From: Paraspadella gotoi | Lineage: Eukaryota; Animalia; Chaetognatha | DNA length: 64,000 bases | Reading direction: 5' to 3' | Assembly (NCBI GenBank): GCA_051294375.1 | Contig: CM119267.1 | Coordinates: 21,273,755 to 21,337,754 of the forward strand | Part shown: one piece after another, positions 24,894-38,885 of the stretch | How the letters are laid out: every line of letters begins with the position of its first letter | Position numbering within the stretch: position 1 is the stretch's first letter | Notes under the pieces: model-generated | What the model was told of the DNA's origin: nothing | The model's database searches: none | The model's input: the letters and a program-made list of their open reading frames with translations, nothing else | Position numbers and translations under genes: made by a program

Positions 24894-27800
24894 TCAAGTA
24901 ACTTTCATCGCCGTCCGATAGACGTCACTTTTATCCAGTTTTTTCCGCGATCTCCCAAACAAATGAACACCTCCGGTTCTGTCGCGTCTCCGAGGTGAAA
25001 AATCCTCGATCGAAGACACGTTTCTCGTCCTCCCACTGTCTCCTCCTCTTCCTCCTCCTTCCCCGATTCCCGCTCCTCTCCCCCTTCCTCTCGATCCTCT
25101 TCCTCCCCCTCGCCCGCATCTCCGTTGGCACCAGTCCCTGAACTTTTTAATCCTGGCGTAGTAGACGACGGGAAAGAAGGCCGCCTTGGCCGCGGCCAGG
25201 ACTTGGAACCAGGCCAGCGGCGCCGCCGCCGCCGACGTCGCCGCCGCCACCGTCGCCGCCATCTCCGGCGCCGAGCAGCACGCGTGAACCAGAAATAAGA
25301 TGAGAATCGTGGCAAAGTTTTTGGTTCTCGAGTTGATTCGAGTCAAGGCCGACTCTCGACGATGTTCTTTTGTCAATCGCGGCAACGAGGACGAGAGTCG
25401 ACGATCCCAGTCTCCGCCGATAGGGTCGAAATCGTCGCTACGGTCGCCCGAATCCCGACCGCCGAACAAAAGGCAACACCGCTCGGGACAAAGAGGGGAG
25501 GCTTCGTACTTGACTCGAGAATAGACCCGAAGATAATCGTAATACGCCACGTTCTCCGCCGCCACGGTTTCGGAGAGGGTGGCGAGGGGGAAGGTAGAGG
25601 CGTTGGAGGGGTCGAAGGGGCCTTTGTCCGAGTCGCCGTTACAGGGCTGAAGGGGTGAAGATGTTGATGAAATTATCAATTACTATCGAATAATACAGTG
25701 TGTCCCAGTGGTATTGTCAGTTAACTTTTACGTATCGAGCGTTACTGTGTTGTTAAATATTTTTTCCCAAATGTCAAAGATAAGGACTTAACATTTATGA
25801 CACTATATTTTTAATTAAATTTATATTCAATATACATTCAATTGAATTTGAAATCAGTCATACTCATAGTGTTTTTACTTTTTTAACTGATATTTTTTTA
25901 TATTTCAAAATATCTATTTTTAAAATTTAAGTATCTTATAAAATGGTCTATTCCTGTTCACCTCTCTCCGTAATAGTAAATTTATATTTATTTTGATCTG
26001 GTCTAGGGCTGTACCATTGGGACACACATTTTGTAATAATTATGTTTTCTGATATGTATTGTTTATCTTTAAACCTGTTTCTTCGAACGTCTCATAGACT
26101 CAGCGTTGGCTTCCCTACATCCGGGTTGACGCAAAGCGACGGCGCAAGAGGCGCCGCTCGAGACGCTCCCTCGCGGGAAAGCGGAGGGAAAGACTCGGGA
26201 AGATGAAGATTTGAGACGACGACAGATGGCGCAAAATGAGACGGACATGATGGCGAAAGGGAAACAAAAGGCTAAAGAAGAGAAAAGATACTTTAATTTA
26301 AAACTAAAATCAATTTCGTATGAATTGAATTTTAGTTTGATATAAGGGAGTTGTCCTTTTATACGATTCAATCATGATTAGAAATGTTATAAAACTTCAT
26401 TGATAGGTGGCCTGGTACTCGGGTACTCTGGGTGTGAATAAACAAGACTGTGAGAGAGTCTCGATTAAAAGCTATTTTATTATTTTGAAAGTATGATGGA
26501 GGTCTTAAACCACCAAAGCTTGTCCAGTGTTCATTGTTGAAACTCAGGACAAAAGAGAGCTTAGTATCTATTGTCATCCTTCAGAATCGCCTCCCCCGGG
26601 GGCGCTGCTAGGGGCGGCTCCGCGGGGTGGCCCCGCGGGGCGGCCCCAGGGGGCAAGCAAATCCTTACTGCCTAGGGCGGCCCCCTGTAGCCTCTTTTTT
26701 TGGGCCCCAAGGGGCCACTCCAGGGGGAATCCCCCAGGGGCTAGAAAAACCTTTCCCCTGGGGGCCACCCCCGGGGGCATGAATTTGCCTGCCCCCTGGA
26801 ACGGCTCTCTCTCCCTCCTATTTCTCTCTCCCTCTCCTCTCTTTCTCTCTCTCCCTCTCTCTCTCTTTCTCTATCTCTTTTCTTTTTTCATCTTTTATTA
26901 AAATAAAATATAAAAATAAAAAATAATATTTTTCACTTCAATTAATCAATCAATGAACCAATATCTGCGCCAACACCAATATGCATAATTTGGTAAACTT
27001 GCATAATTTAGTCAAATGACATAATTTGGTCAACTGATATAATTTGGTCAACTTTTAGAATTTGATAAACTTGCATAATTTGTAAACTTGCATAATTTGG
27101 TAAACTTGCATAATTTAGACAACTTGGATAATTTGGTCAACTTGCATAATTTGGTCAACAATCAACTTAACAATTAGCTAATTATTAATTTCATCTGTGA
27201 GAAATAGAAAGAAAGAAAGAGTGAGAAAATTTTTTTAATAAAATTCAAGTAAATGTGACTTTTGTTTTTTCCATTAAAACTCACTTTCACTTGCACACTT
27301 TTTTTACCAACATACAAATTTTATCTTAATTCATCTATGAAATTTTAAATAGTAGAATAAAGAGTAGGATGGTTTTTTAATTCACTTATATAAAAATAAT
27401 TAATTAATTAATTATTAATATCAGTCTTTAAGTCTGTCCCACATTAGCATTAAACTCAAATTATTCGTGATTAGATATATGGATTGGAATGAAATCTTGT
27501 GTGTGGGTAGAAAAGTGTGTGATCAGCCTTTCCTCAACAACGTGAGTTCATCAGAGGGAATCTATAAACTGACAATTTTTAATTACAAATCTTAAATGAA
27601 AAAAATTTATTTCACGATGTGGAACTCATTTAATGTTGATCATGAATTAAAAATCTTGATGAATATTTTTTTTTGGGGGGGGGACTCCATAATTCACTAA
27701 GTAGATCTGTCGATTACTGCCTATTATTTGTTTATTTATGATTTATTTAATTCTTTTTTGAACATCAAATTATGAATATTTTTTTAAAAATTATGTTTCT

Positions 27801-30800
27801 TTCTATCAGTCCATCAGTATGTCCATCCAAAAAAAAAAAGAAAAAAAAGGAAAAAAAAGGAAAGAAAAAAAAAGACAGATGACTGATTAGCTTCTTACCA
27901 CTAAATATTGTGGCCACGTCATACATTGTTTGTTCAAACTTGTTTCATATCTTTTAATTGAAATAAAATAATTAAGTTCAAAAATACAAATATTATAATT
28001 TTTAGATAAAATATGGAATAAACGAGTTAACAATAATTTTAAAAAATGTATATTTTTTTAGTTACATAAAACAAGTCTTGAAAGATAGAGAGAGAAAAAA
28101 GATAGAGAGAGAAAAGAAGAGAGAGAAAGAAAAAAGAAAGAAAAAAAAGAAAAAAAGAGAAAAAAGAGAGAGAGAGAGAGAGAGAAGAGAGAAGAGAGAG
28201 AGAGAGAGAGAAAGCGAGAGAGAAAGAGAAAGAGAGAAAGAGAGAGTAACAGACAGGGAGAGATTCTCAGATACAATAACATTGTCAGAAAGTATATTTT
28301 TTTATCTAAACTTTGCTCTCTCCTTAACTCGCCCCAGGGGGAGCACTTTTTTGCTCCCCAAGGGGTTACCCCCAGGGCAGACTTTTTTTGGCCCCAGGGG
28401 CCGCCCCAGGGGGGTTCCCCCTGGGGCAAACATTTTGGGTCTTTAGGGGCGCCCCCTCAATGACCATTTTGCTGCTCCCCCTGGAATAGCCTGCCCCCTG
28501 GGGCCGCCCCTAGAGCCACCCCGCGGGGCGGAGGATTTGGGAGATGACATATCTCCTTTTGTAATGGTTGTACAATCTCATAGAATACAATCATTATTAG
28601 AATCGACTGCCATATTGCAAGGGTGGTCAAACGAAAAAAAGGGACTTAAGCGGACTTGACGACGACCTTGACAACGACTACGACAAGGACGACGACGATA
28701 CCGACGACAATGACGACGACGACGACGACGACGACGACCACTGATTCAAAAACAACAAAAACAAACAAACACTCACCGAAAATGATTCGAAAAACGGCGA
28801 AGGAAAGTCGATTGGCCGATGGAAAGTTTTCATCGCGGGCCGGGTGAGGTCGCGGGGTCGAAAAGGAGGTGAGATTGTTACCGGTTTCATTCATTTCCTC
28901 GTTGTTTTTCTCTCCGCCGCTTCCGCCGCCGCCGCCGCTGTTGGCAGCGTCGGGGAAGCGGCCGACGACGATAGCGGCGTCGCTTTCAGTCGCGTTGTCG
29001 TTGTTGTTGTCCAGAGGCTGAATCGAGAGGCCGCCCGCGTGACTGACTTCGACACAGCGTCGATGGCGCCCCCACCCTATCGACGGAGGCAGCGCCAGCA
29101 GCAGCGCCACGGCCCAGGCTCCGACGACGGCCATCTTGGCGCGGCGTGGCGTGAGTCCGTCCCAGGATCGGGCGAGAGTGAGGTAACGGCAAACGGAGAG
29201 AGCTGAAAGGGGAGAAAAGTGTGTGTGAGAGATGAGAGCAAAAAGTAGGAAGGAAGGAAGGAAGGAAGGAAGGAAGGAAGGAAGAAGGAAGGAAGGAAGG
29301 AAGGAAGGAAGGAAGGGAGGAAGGAAGGAAGGAAGGAAGGAAGGAAGGAAGGAAGGAAGGAAGGAAGGAAGGGAGGAAGGAAAAAGAGATTTTCTTGAAG
29401 CATTACATGATATCTTGAAGCATTACTTAATAACTTTTTTATTTCGTAATTTTTCAGTTTCTTTAAATTTTCTAAACGGAAAAAAATATTTCCGATATGT
29501 ATGAAATTGGTACAACCAATATAAAAATGATCCATTCATTTAATAAATAAGCTATATTGCCCCTGATTTTGGACAGTTATGTTATGTTATGTTTTTTAAT
29601 AGGGCAGGTCGTCGACCTATAGCTCTAAAAATAGCCCCCAAGAGGTAACCCGGAAGGCGAAGAATCACTATTGGCAAATGATTTTCTCTGTCTTAAACAC
29701 CACAGAGATATCAAAATTATCTCGCTATCTTGATTCAATTCAAAGAAGATGGTCGTTTTTTCGTAGTTTGAATAAATATGAATAATCCAGCAGCGAACAT
29801 TTTTTACTTCAATTTTTTTTTTCAGGTTAAAGTTAAAACAGAAGGCCAAGTATGAGCGTTCTGAGAAAGAAATCGTTCAACCAACCAAACGGGTGAAACT
29901 TTAAAAGACTGAAATATGCAAATTGATTTTTATTCACTCAACGCCATAGTTCTTTTCTCACCCTTCCTAACTCTACCTCACCCGTCAACCCGTAGGTGGC
30001 GGCCAAAGCGGCGGCGTCGGCGGCGCCGGCGAGTATTTCGCAGGCGACGCCGGCCGGAAATGACGCCGTCGTGAGCGCCGCGATTCCAGGGGGACAGAAA
30101 GCGACTGTGAAAAAATATAAGGGTGGAGTGTCGGAAAAAGGTAAGGCGAGAAGAGTGAGGTGAGTAAATTTTAAGGGTTAGATTTATTTGTTGTAGGAAC
30201 TAAAAACAGTTTAAGATTATTTAATTATGATTTTTTGTTTGATTTTCGGCTGTACGTGTCTGTACGTGTCTGTACGTGTATGTACGTGTCTGGTTCAGAA
30301 TCGGGCCAATATCAATTTCTCAATTTCTGCCCTCGTGTAACAATTCGATATCATAATCGGTTTACAGTCCAGACTCCTCATTTACAGTTACGTTACCAAA
30401 TACAAGTGGACTCACTGGCGAAGAGAAGGTCGGCGGCGGAGATGGAAGACAACAACAAATTGATTCCGGATCTCGACGATGATTTGTTGAAGATGAGAGA
30501 GAGGAGTGCCGAGTTGCCTAGCAACGCTAAGATATAGAGGGAGTGGTTTGGGTTAGTTTTGGGGATGGGGTGGGGTATTTGAGTGCTCATAGAAGAAACT
30601 CGAATGTAACGAGTAGGTTTTGATCTAAAGGTTCAGATTCTTTGAAAGCCATGTTCCATATTTTTAATTAATACCAAAAACAGTATTGAAAGAAACAGTA
30701 ACAGAGTAAAAGACTAGAAAACGGTAAACAAGTAAAAACTAAAATACATTTCTTGTAGTAATCTCCGTTGGCGATAACATTAATGACATAAAAAGTTCGA

Positions 30801-30911
30801 GCTGCAGGTCAAACACTCAATCACGATCCGAGACTTACCCACGAATAAGGTGAGTGAGAGGCAGACGAGAATCGCCGCTGATTCGCCGTTTATGGTTTTC
30901 TTTTCGTTCAT
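24894..30911 (-). CDS. Orphan rhodopsin-class (class A) GPCR, loosely GPR26/GPR78-like
   Basis: Exons 30911-30839, 30526-30416, 30104-29982, 29202-28777, 26271-26075, 25646-24894, phases match. TM1 LLGNS, TM2 ISAADLL, ECL1 FPAGVACE, TM3 ALSVCRY, TM4 AWAVALLLALPP.IGWG, TM5 FCFPFAIM, TM6 HACCSAP, TM7 AAKAAFFPVVYY..KKFR. Confidence 0.85.
25696..26033. mobile_element. Tc1/mariner-type MITE in GPCR last intron
   Basis: TA-CAGTGTGTCCCAGTGGTA at the left end and TACCATTGGGACACAC at the right end (imperfect TIRs), AT-rich interior. Confidence 0.55.
26572..28549. mobile_element. ~2-kb non-autonomous DNA transposon with GC-rich long imperfect TIRs, in GPCR intron
   Basis: Ends TGTCATC...GATGACA, each flanked by TAT. 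Subterminal CCGCGGGGTGG.C..GGGGCGGCCCCAGGGGGCA is present in inverted orientation at ~26620 and ~28490-28530. Internal ~18-bp tandem repeat CATAATTTGGTAAACTTG (26984-27160). No transposase ORF seen. Confidence 0.6.
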
Positions 30912-32783
30912 TGCTGACGAATTTGACGTTCATAGTTGAACGAATCATTCAAGATTTACGTCGTAAAGCTTTGTATATTGAACGAGCATTTTCGTACGCA
31001 TTGTTATAATGTAAAATCGTTTAAAACGACTCTCCTTTTGAGTATTAGTTAAGTTTCAATCATATATACGAAGACAAGACTAAAATATATCGACTTTCAA
31101 ATAAATAAAAGAATGAATTCGTAAACCCCGATGAAATTTTCATTCTGATTCAGAAGAAAAAAAAAATAACTCGGGCAGAGTTTCGTGTTTAAACCGATTC
31201 CAACGATGAGCTCTCGTTTTTCAGGTCAGAATTCGCATGCAGAGATGAGACGGGAATGATGAGGGTTAAGAAGCGGATAGAGGAAGCTGTGGAAGCGGAC
31301 AGAGGAAGCGGTGGAAGCGGATAAAGGAAGCGGAGGAAGTTTTCTAGACAAGATTTATTCAACTCCGGGGGTCATTGCCCAGATTTTTATTCATAATTAA
31401 GGTATACAATTTCATATTGCTTTAAAAAAAAACTTTATACTATATAGTATATACGTATTCGTGGAACGGCGTTAGATTTCTATACAAATATACAAACATC
31501 AACATTCATTTCCACTTAAATGATAGTTCGGAATAAATACTTTCCAGACAAACGCCAGTTAAAACATGAAAAACCACTTATAGTCAAGAATATCGTCGTA
31601 TAAACAAATTCATCGAATTTGAAGGGAAAAAAGGCAAATGTAAATATTTCGACTCTCCGTGATCAAAAAAAAAAAAAAAAAAAGAATTATTAGAGGCGGT
31701 CGAAGATTGCTTCGCCCGAACACCTGTCATCACAGGCGTGAACCTTTTAATATAAACCTTTCCTCAGTTTCTCACAAAATTCTCTCTTTATGAGAGCGAC
31801 TCCCTTCTTTCCTTGAGAATGCAACCTTACCAATGTCCTTACCTCAAACTTAGAATCCTTACTTTGACGTTTGTTTTTATCGACTCTAACCTAGAGGAAT
31901 TTTTTAATAGCATTTACTTGATATAATTTGATAAAATCAGATAAAATTGCCGTAGCTTCTCATGTTTCATGAATATTGAATAATTTACTATTCTACTTTT
32001 TGCTATAGCTTTTTCGCCATTTTGGCTTTTAGGTTTGTCTTATTAGGAAAGTTGCAAAATAACTTGTTTCACAATCTTTTTTTTTTAGATTTAAAAATAA
32101 TTATTATTTATGATTTTATTTATTTGTTAAAATATTTTTTATGTTAGATATTTAAATATGATATTATTATCTGTTTGGGATGGGGACGTTATTGTTGTCT
32201 TCTGGAAATAGAGGGTGCATCTACACAACACAAGGTTACTTTCTGTTCCAGTTTTCTAATAAATATCGTTTATCTTTTATTTCCTGATTTTGTTTTGACT
32301 GCATTTTCCGCGTTTATTAAATGCTAATTTAAAAAAAGTCTACTCAAGATTGATCCCTAATACAAATAATATAATCTTTACTGTCCTACCCGGCACTTAT
32401 CCCCTCTCTCACCCTCCACTCACTCTCCCCTTACTCTCACCCATTTCCCCTCCCCAACTCCCCACCTCCCCCTTCACACTCCAGAGGGTGCTCGTCAAGT
32501 GACGTCACAAACGTTTGACTCAATTCGGTCGTCGGGATTTTTCACTTTTTGACCTTCGCCGTAGATCGAGGATCGAGGGAGTCTGTTGAAGAGAGAAACG
32601 ACCCAGTTGCGAAACAGTTTCCTCCCTTTTTCTCTTCTCTTCCCACCCCTTTCTCCCTCTGTTTACATATTTTCCTATTAATTCCCCGAGTAGTAATTTT
32701 CTTGCTTTTCTCTTCTTTTCTCTCCCATACTGACTCTATTTTATATTTTTTAACAGGTCTCCTCATTTTCTCGTCTTCTTCAT

Positions 32784-32845
<62 letters not shown>

Positions 32846-33117
32846 TTCCTCTCTTACTCCCACTTCCCCTTCGCCCTCCAGTTTTTAATCCATCTTTCGA
32901 TTTAATCAAATTCTAAATCCTTTTGTCCTTTTCCCTCTTCTTTAGTGTTATTATTTCTCTATCTAACCACTTAGATCAACCACCTTCAGTCCTTCACACA
33001 CACCCCCTCCCTTTCACTGAAATAAAAAAATCCCTGATGTCGAAAGGATTTCCTTTTTCGGGAAAAACGTCTGGATTCACTTTTCTGTTAGAGACCTTTT
33101 TTTTTCTGAAAAAGAAT

Positions 33118-33374
33118 TCGGGCACTATTTTCGAAAAGCGCCCTGTTTCTGTTGCTAATCCCTGAATATGCTTAATTTAATCCTAGTATTATATTTAATA
33201 TATAACTTTATTCCTTAATATTTAACCTTAATATTATTTCCAAATATTTAAACAAATCTTTTACCTTATCTTTAAATCTTAATTTAATCACCATTATCAA
33301 TCTCAAACTAAATATTTAAGCTAAAAAGCGTTATTATTCTTGAAATGGGGCGCTTTTAAAAAAATTTGGCCAGA
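33118..33374. mobile_element. MITE with TIRs and degenerate CCCTAA-like interior
   Basis: Left TTTTCGAAAAGCGCCCTGTTTC is inverted relative to right GAAATGGGGCGCTTTTAAAAAA. Related to the element at 188-660. Confidence 0.55.
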
Positions 33375-33556
33375 ATTTGGGATATCTGTTCGACTCTTAT
33401 GAAAGTTGTGTTACACTTGACCATTATTTTTTTTATTTTTGTTTTGTCATTTTTTTTAAAAAAATATATTTTAAAGCAATTTAAGCAGTTCGTGAATCCT
33501 TTTTTTGTAAGTCTTCAGGAACTGGGTGGATTCCCTTTCATCCGGTGAATTTCTCT

Positions 33557-33644
<88 letters not shown>

Positions 33645-33941
33645 CACCCCCCGACAACACAACCTTCGACTTTTCTCCTCTCGTTTTTCCTCCAATTATC
33701 CCCGAAATTTAAATCTAATCAAGACGCGAATCGTTTTAATATCTTCTCAATAAATCGATGAAAGTCGAAATAAAAGCATCGAATTTTGTTCTTTTATTTT
33801 TTTTCTTTTTTACCCCCCCTCCCCAAAAAAACCCGAAACTTTTATTTATCGTAATATTATTACTAATATTATTACTAATAATAATCTTTCTTCGAATTTT
33901 CCTCGAGTTTCTCAGTCATCGTCGTTCGAACCGTCGCCGTC

Positions 33942-36096
33942 ATGCTTATCGTCGCTCTCATCGTCGTCGTGAGCGTCGTCGGCGTAAGCGAGGTCAGAGG
34001 TCAGGTCTACGCGTACGAAGAGGATTTCGACGACGCTTACCCCGGATCGGGTGAGTACCGACGAGGTCGGTCTTTAAATGCGCTCTCATTCTGCTATCCG
34101 CCACATATAATAATGAAAATTCTTTTTAAGCTGCTATAACACAAACATTTAAATAATAAATATCCTTCGAATAGAAACAGTTTGAAATAAAGTATTTATT
34201 TCTTTTTACTTCACCTTTCTTCGTAAAATCGGTTCATTCTCACACCCCAGGTCCTTACGGATACTCGCACCGCATCTGCAACTTCGCCTGTCCCGATGTC
34301 TGGAGCCCGGTGTGCGGGACGGATGGATATTCGTACCCCACGTAAGTTGGGATGTTAAATACAATTTTCGTTATTTTTTCATTGCCCTGCTATTTCAAAA
34401 CTTACCAGAAGGGTGCCACCCCTAGGTCGTACAAAATAAACACTTTTTATAACTGTTACAAACTATTTAAAACAATAATTTAGAAAGTAATTACAATAGT
34501 TAAACCAGTAAAAACATTTTTCTAAACATTCAGCGTTTCGGAGTACAAAAGTACAAAAAAAAATCTCATAAAAGAAGGATATAATTGACCAATGAGCAAT
34601 CGCCTTCCCTTTCTCTCCATCAAGCAACTGTCACGTGTTCGTAGCAAGCTGTTGGAAGCGCATGCTCGGCCAGAAGGGCGTCCACTTTTGGTACGACGGG
34701 CCATGTCTCTTGGAAGGCGCGACGGGATACGATCCGGCGCCGGGGCTGAAGGAGAGAGAGAGACTGGAGAGAGAAAGGAAGATAGCGGCGGGAGAGGAAG
34801 GTAGGGGGAGCGGTTGGTGTGGTTAGTTCATTCATTCATTCATTCNNNNNNNNNNTCATTCATTCATTCATTCATTCATTCATTATTTCAATCCTTTGTT
34901 AATAAAGTCAATCTTTTATTAAATCAATAAATATTTTACTGTATGTTACATTTAATCATTCGTTTTCCCCCCCCCCTCAAGTTCCAACTCTGCCGCCCGA
35001 AGACGCCATCTTCATCAACGGCCAACGATACGATCCTCCATACAACCCCGCTCCGACGGACGCGCCAACTTCGAGCCCGATCGACGACGACGACGAAGAT
35101 TACGACGACGAAAACGAAAATGCCGTCGACGATGAAGATTCCGACGCCGACATTGACGACCGGGACGTCAATGCAGAAACTATTGCGGTCACGGATTCTG
35201 CGGATGAAGTCGAGGGCATAACGAATGAATTAAATGCATTGCCCCATAGCGAAACTGCTCCCATTGCGCACACTGACGTCCGTACGGATCTTGATTCCGT
35301 CAGGAATGCAATGACAAACGTCGACGTCGATCCCGATGCAATATCGGACAACGAGGTTCGCCCGGATGTAGATACGGAAGTGGAGAATCTCCCGGAAGTC
35401 GAGACGCAACCGGATGCGTTTACGGATGTCGATGCGCAGCCAGATGCCGACGCGGGAGTGGAGGAGCTCCCGAATGCAGTCGAAGATGTTAGGGATGCGA
35501 TCACGGAGGTCGACGCGCTCCCAGATGCAAACGAGGTGGTCGAGTCGCTGCCGGATGCAGCCGAAGAAGTCGAGCGAGTTCCTGCTGTCGAGGCGGACCC
35601 GGAAGCGATCGCAGAAGTCGAGGCGGACCCGGATGCGATCACGGACGCGGTCACCGACGAAGACGGATTCACCGAAGTCGATTACAACTTTGAAGATTTC
35701 GGAGAGGAAGATTGGGAGGAAGAAGGAGAGGAAGAGACGGAGGAAGATTCTTGGAACGCGGGAGGACTGGAGGAAGAGAGCGAGGAGGGAGGAGAATGGG
35801 AGGAGGATGAGAAAGGAAGGGAGGATGTCCTGGGAGGTTACGAGGGAGGGAGTATAGTGGAGGAAGCGGGGGAAGAAGAGGAAGAGAACGAGGGGGAGAA
35901 CGCGTTTGGAGAATATGCGGGAGTGGGAGGAGGAAATCATTGGGAAGAAGAATTGGGAGGAGGAGGAGGAGGAGAGTGGGAGGAAGGAATTGGAGGGGGA
36001 GAGTGGGAGGAAGATTTAAAAGGATGGGAGGAAGGGATAGAGGATTGGGACGACGGTGTTTATGATACGGAGGGCGTGTTGATCGAAGAAGGTGGG

Positions 36097-36146
<50 letters not shown>

Positions 36147-37252
36147 TGTGGATGCCATTGCTGTTATTATTTTTGGTATTGTTGACAATAATTATGAAGG
36201 TGATAATAATAATGATGATGATAATTTTTTTTTATGATGGTGTTGTTGTTGTTTGATTGTTGTGGTTAATAATGATGATGATGATGATGATGATGACTCT
36301 GATTATGACGATGACGTTGTTACTGTGTTTGTTTGTTGACGATGATAACGATGATTATGATATCTACCTCCTCAACCAGACTCGCCCTTCGGATCTCTCA
36401 ACCGGCGCCGCCGCCGCCGCTCCGTCCCGCTCCTCGCCCAAACTCGCCCTCGTCGCCGCCTCCTCCGACGCCGCGACGCCGACGCCTGCGAGTGGGCGTG
36501 CTCGTCGCTTCCAGCGCCGGTTTGCGGCTCCGACGGCGTCACTCGGCTCAACGCCTGTCGTCTCGAGAGGGAGAAATGTCGAGGGAAGGAGGAAGGAAAG
36601 GAGCTGGTGGTCAGACACGGAGGGGAATGTCGAAAGGTGAGGCAGGGGAGAGGAGAAAGGTGAGGCAGGGGAGAGGAGAAAGGTGAGGCAGGGGAGAGGA
36701 GAAAGGTGAGGCAGGGGAGAGGAGAAAGGTGAGGAGAATGCGGTCAAGGGAAAGGCATCATGGTGAGGCTGTTGGTCGCGTCAGAAGTGAGTCGAGGGGG
36801 AGGTTTTTTTAATAGTCTTCCGAACCGTTCATTGTTCATTAATTTTATCAATTATTCTTTCTAAACCAATTGACCTATGAATATCGTTGTTTTCGAGCAA
36901 GTCTTTATGAGAAGTTTATTACTTTATTTCATATCGAAAGTTTATTAATATAACAAGCACAATCAACAAAAAAAACAGACACAAGAAAAAAAAAGGTTAA
37001 TTTTTAAAACCCTCTCAGCTCCTAGACGCCGCCGATCCCCACGTCGCCGCCTGCCTCGCCCGCTGCGGCGGTACCGCCGCCGCTCCTGCCAACGACCCCA
37101 CCCTCTATCCGCTTCCGGTCTGCGCTTCCGACGGAAAGACTTACCCGAATTTCTGCCTCCTCCTGCGGACCAAGTGTCTCAAGTCGTTGATGGGAGAGAA
37201 GGAAGTTCGATTCGTTAGGGCGGGATTTTGTGGGGATTCCAAGAGATATTGA
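33942..37252 (+). CDS. Secreted protein with three Kazal-type domains, long Asp/Glu-rich repeat region and polybasic cleavage sites
   Basis: Exons 33942-34050, 34251-34341, 34625-34800, 34982-36091, 36380-36636, 37019-37252, phases match. Signal-like MLIVALIVVVSVVGVS. Kazal motifs CPDVWSPVCGTDGYSYPTNC, CSSLPAPVCGSDGVTRLNAC and PVCASDGKTYPNFC. Confidence 0.85.
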
Positions 37253-38798
37253 GTATTGAGTATAGAGGGATTATGGGGTTTAAGTGGTCAAGGTAAGGAA
37301 AGTATTGATATATCATTTTGTGATTTGTTATTCGTGATAATCGACCCATACTAAAGTTAAAGCTTCTCGTTTAACCTTTATGTTTAAAAAGTATTTTGCT
37401 CTTTTTTGTGGTTCTCGTACCGAATCCTAGCGGAGAGTCGACGCAAAAACAAAAGATTTCTTTCTTTTCTTTTAATGATTTAAAAAAAATCATTTCGATA
37501 CTTTTTAAGGTTTAACTATGCAATCTTTCGTTTTAAACAAAAATTAAGTTTTTTTATTCAATTCCAGTTCACTGAAAATAGACTGAAAATTGTATACATT
37601 GTAATATGTACATAATTAATATTTGTAATGCATATAATTTAAAAATAATGAGATAATTGATATCTAAACAGTATACACCTTATTTCTGTTCTTTTTTTTT
37701 TATCGCTTTCTCATTTTACAATCCCATGTTGCATTTTTGTTTTCTAATTAATATAATCCTTTGATTTAAGTCGATTTTTTAATTCAATACACTGTCAATG
37801 AAGAGAATTGATGTCTTAATTATAGTGTCGCAGCTTACATATGTCTAATCTCAATTTTATCCGGAAACTGTGTAATCAATGTTTATCAATCATTCTGAAA
37901 ACCCAAACAAAACCAAAAATCTCTTGAGGCATAAAAAAAAACACAGATAAGATGATAGAAAACAATTTCAAGCGTAAACTTTTTCCAGTTTTTATGACTT
38001 AAGCTAATCTCCGTTTCTCTCAATCAAAACCTGACTCGTTCTCGTCGTCGTCAGCCTCAGGTGATCGAGACGACGACGACGACGACGACGGCGGCCATCA
38101 GCGCGATGACTAAATTTCCTTTTTTGGTCATGAAACACAGATTGCTTAGACAAAGGACGCCCAGACGGCAATGCAATGCAACTTCCATTGAAAAAAATAG
38201 AAAAACTTAAATACTTATTTTTCTGTTCAGTTGAAAAGAAATTTGTCACCAACTTTATTATAAATGTGATTAAAAGTATGAATATTTTTTTAACTAGAAA
38301 ATTCAAAAATTATTATTCGGAAGGCTATTTTTTTTAAAACCATATTTTTTTTTCAAACCACGGTTAATGTTTACCGATGAATCAAGAGCTCGATTAAGAA
38401 ATGAAGGTGAGGGAGAAAGTGAGGTAACAATTTTGATTTTTTTAAGATGATACACCCAACAATGACGACGACGACGACGACGAGGACGATTATGAAAAAA
38501 AATGTCTCTCGATGAGTGGAAGATGAAGATAGCAGCAAAAACAAAAGAATCGTGGAAGAGAGAGGGACGCCCGATTGTCTCTCTCTCTCTCTCTTCCAAT
38601 CTAACGTCCGGCTCAATCGGTGGCTCCTCTCTTTCACTCGTCTCCTATCTTCCTCTCCTGCTCGATGGACCTCCTCTCTCTCTCTCTTAATCAGGTTTCT
38701 CCGCACCCGTGTCCTCGAAGCGGGAGCATGGCGAGGTTAACCTGCTCTTACCAGAATAAAAACGGGAGAAAAACAAGTCGAAAGAAAGAGAAAGACAA

Positions 38799-38885
<87 letters not shown>

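Noticed and set aside
25150-25215. Opsin call from the TM7 lysine
   Set aside because: The Lys is five residues before the TM7 Pro, whereas the retinal-binding Lys of opsins is seven before.
26984-27160. CRISPR-like array
   Set aside because: Head-to-tail ~18-bp tandem repeat without unique spacers, in a eukaryotic context with no cas genes.
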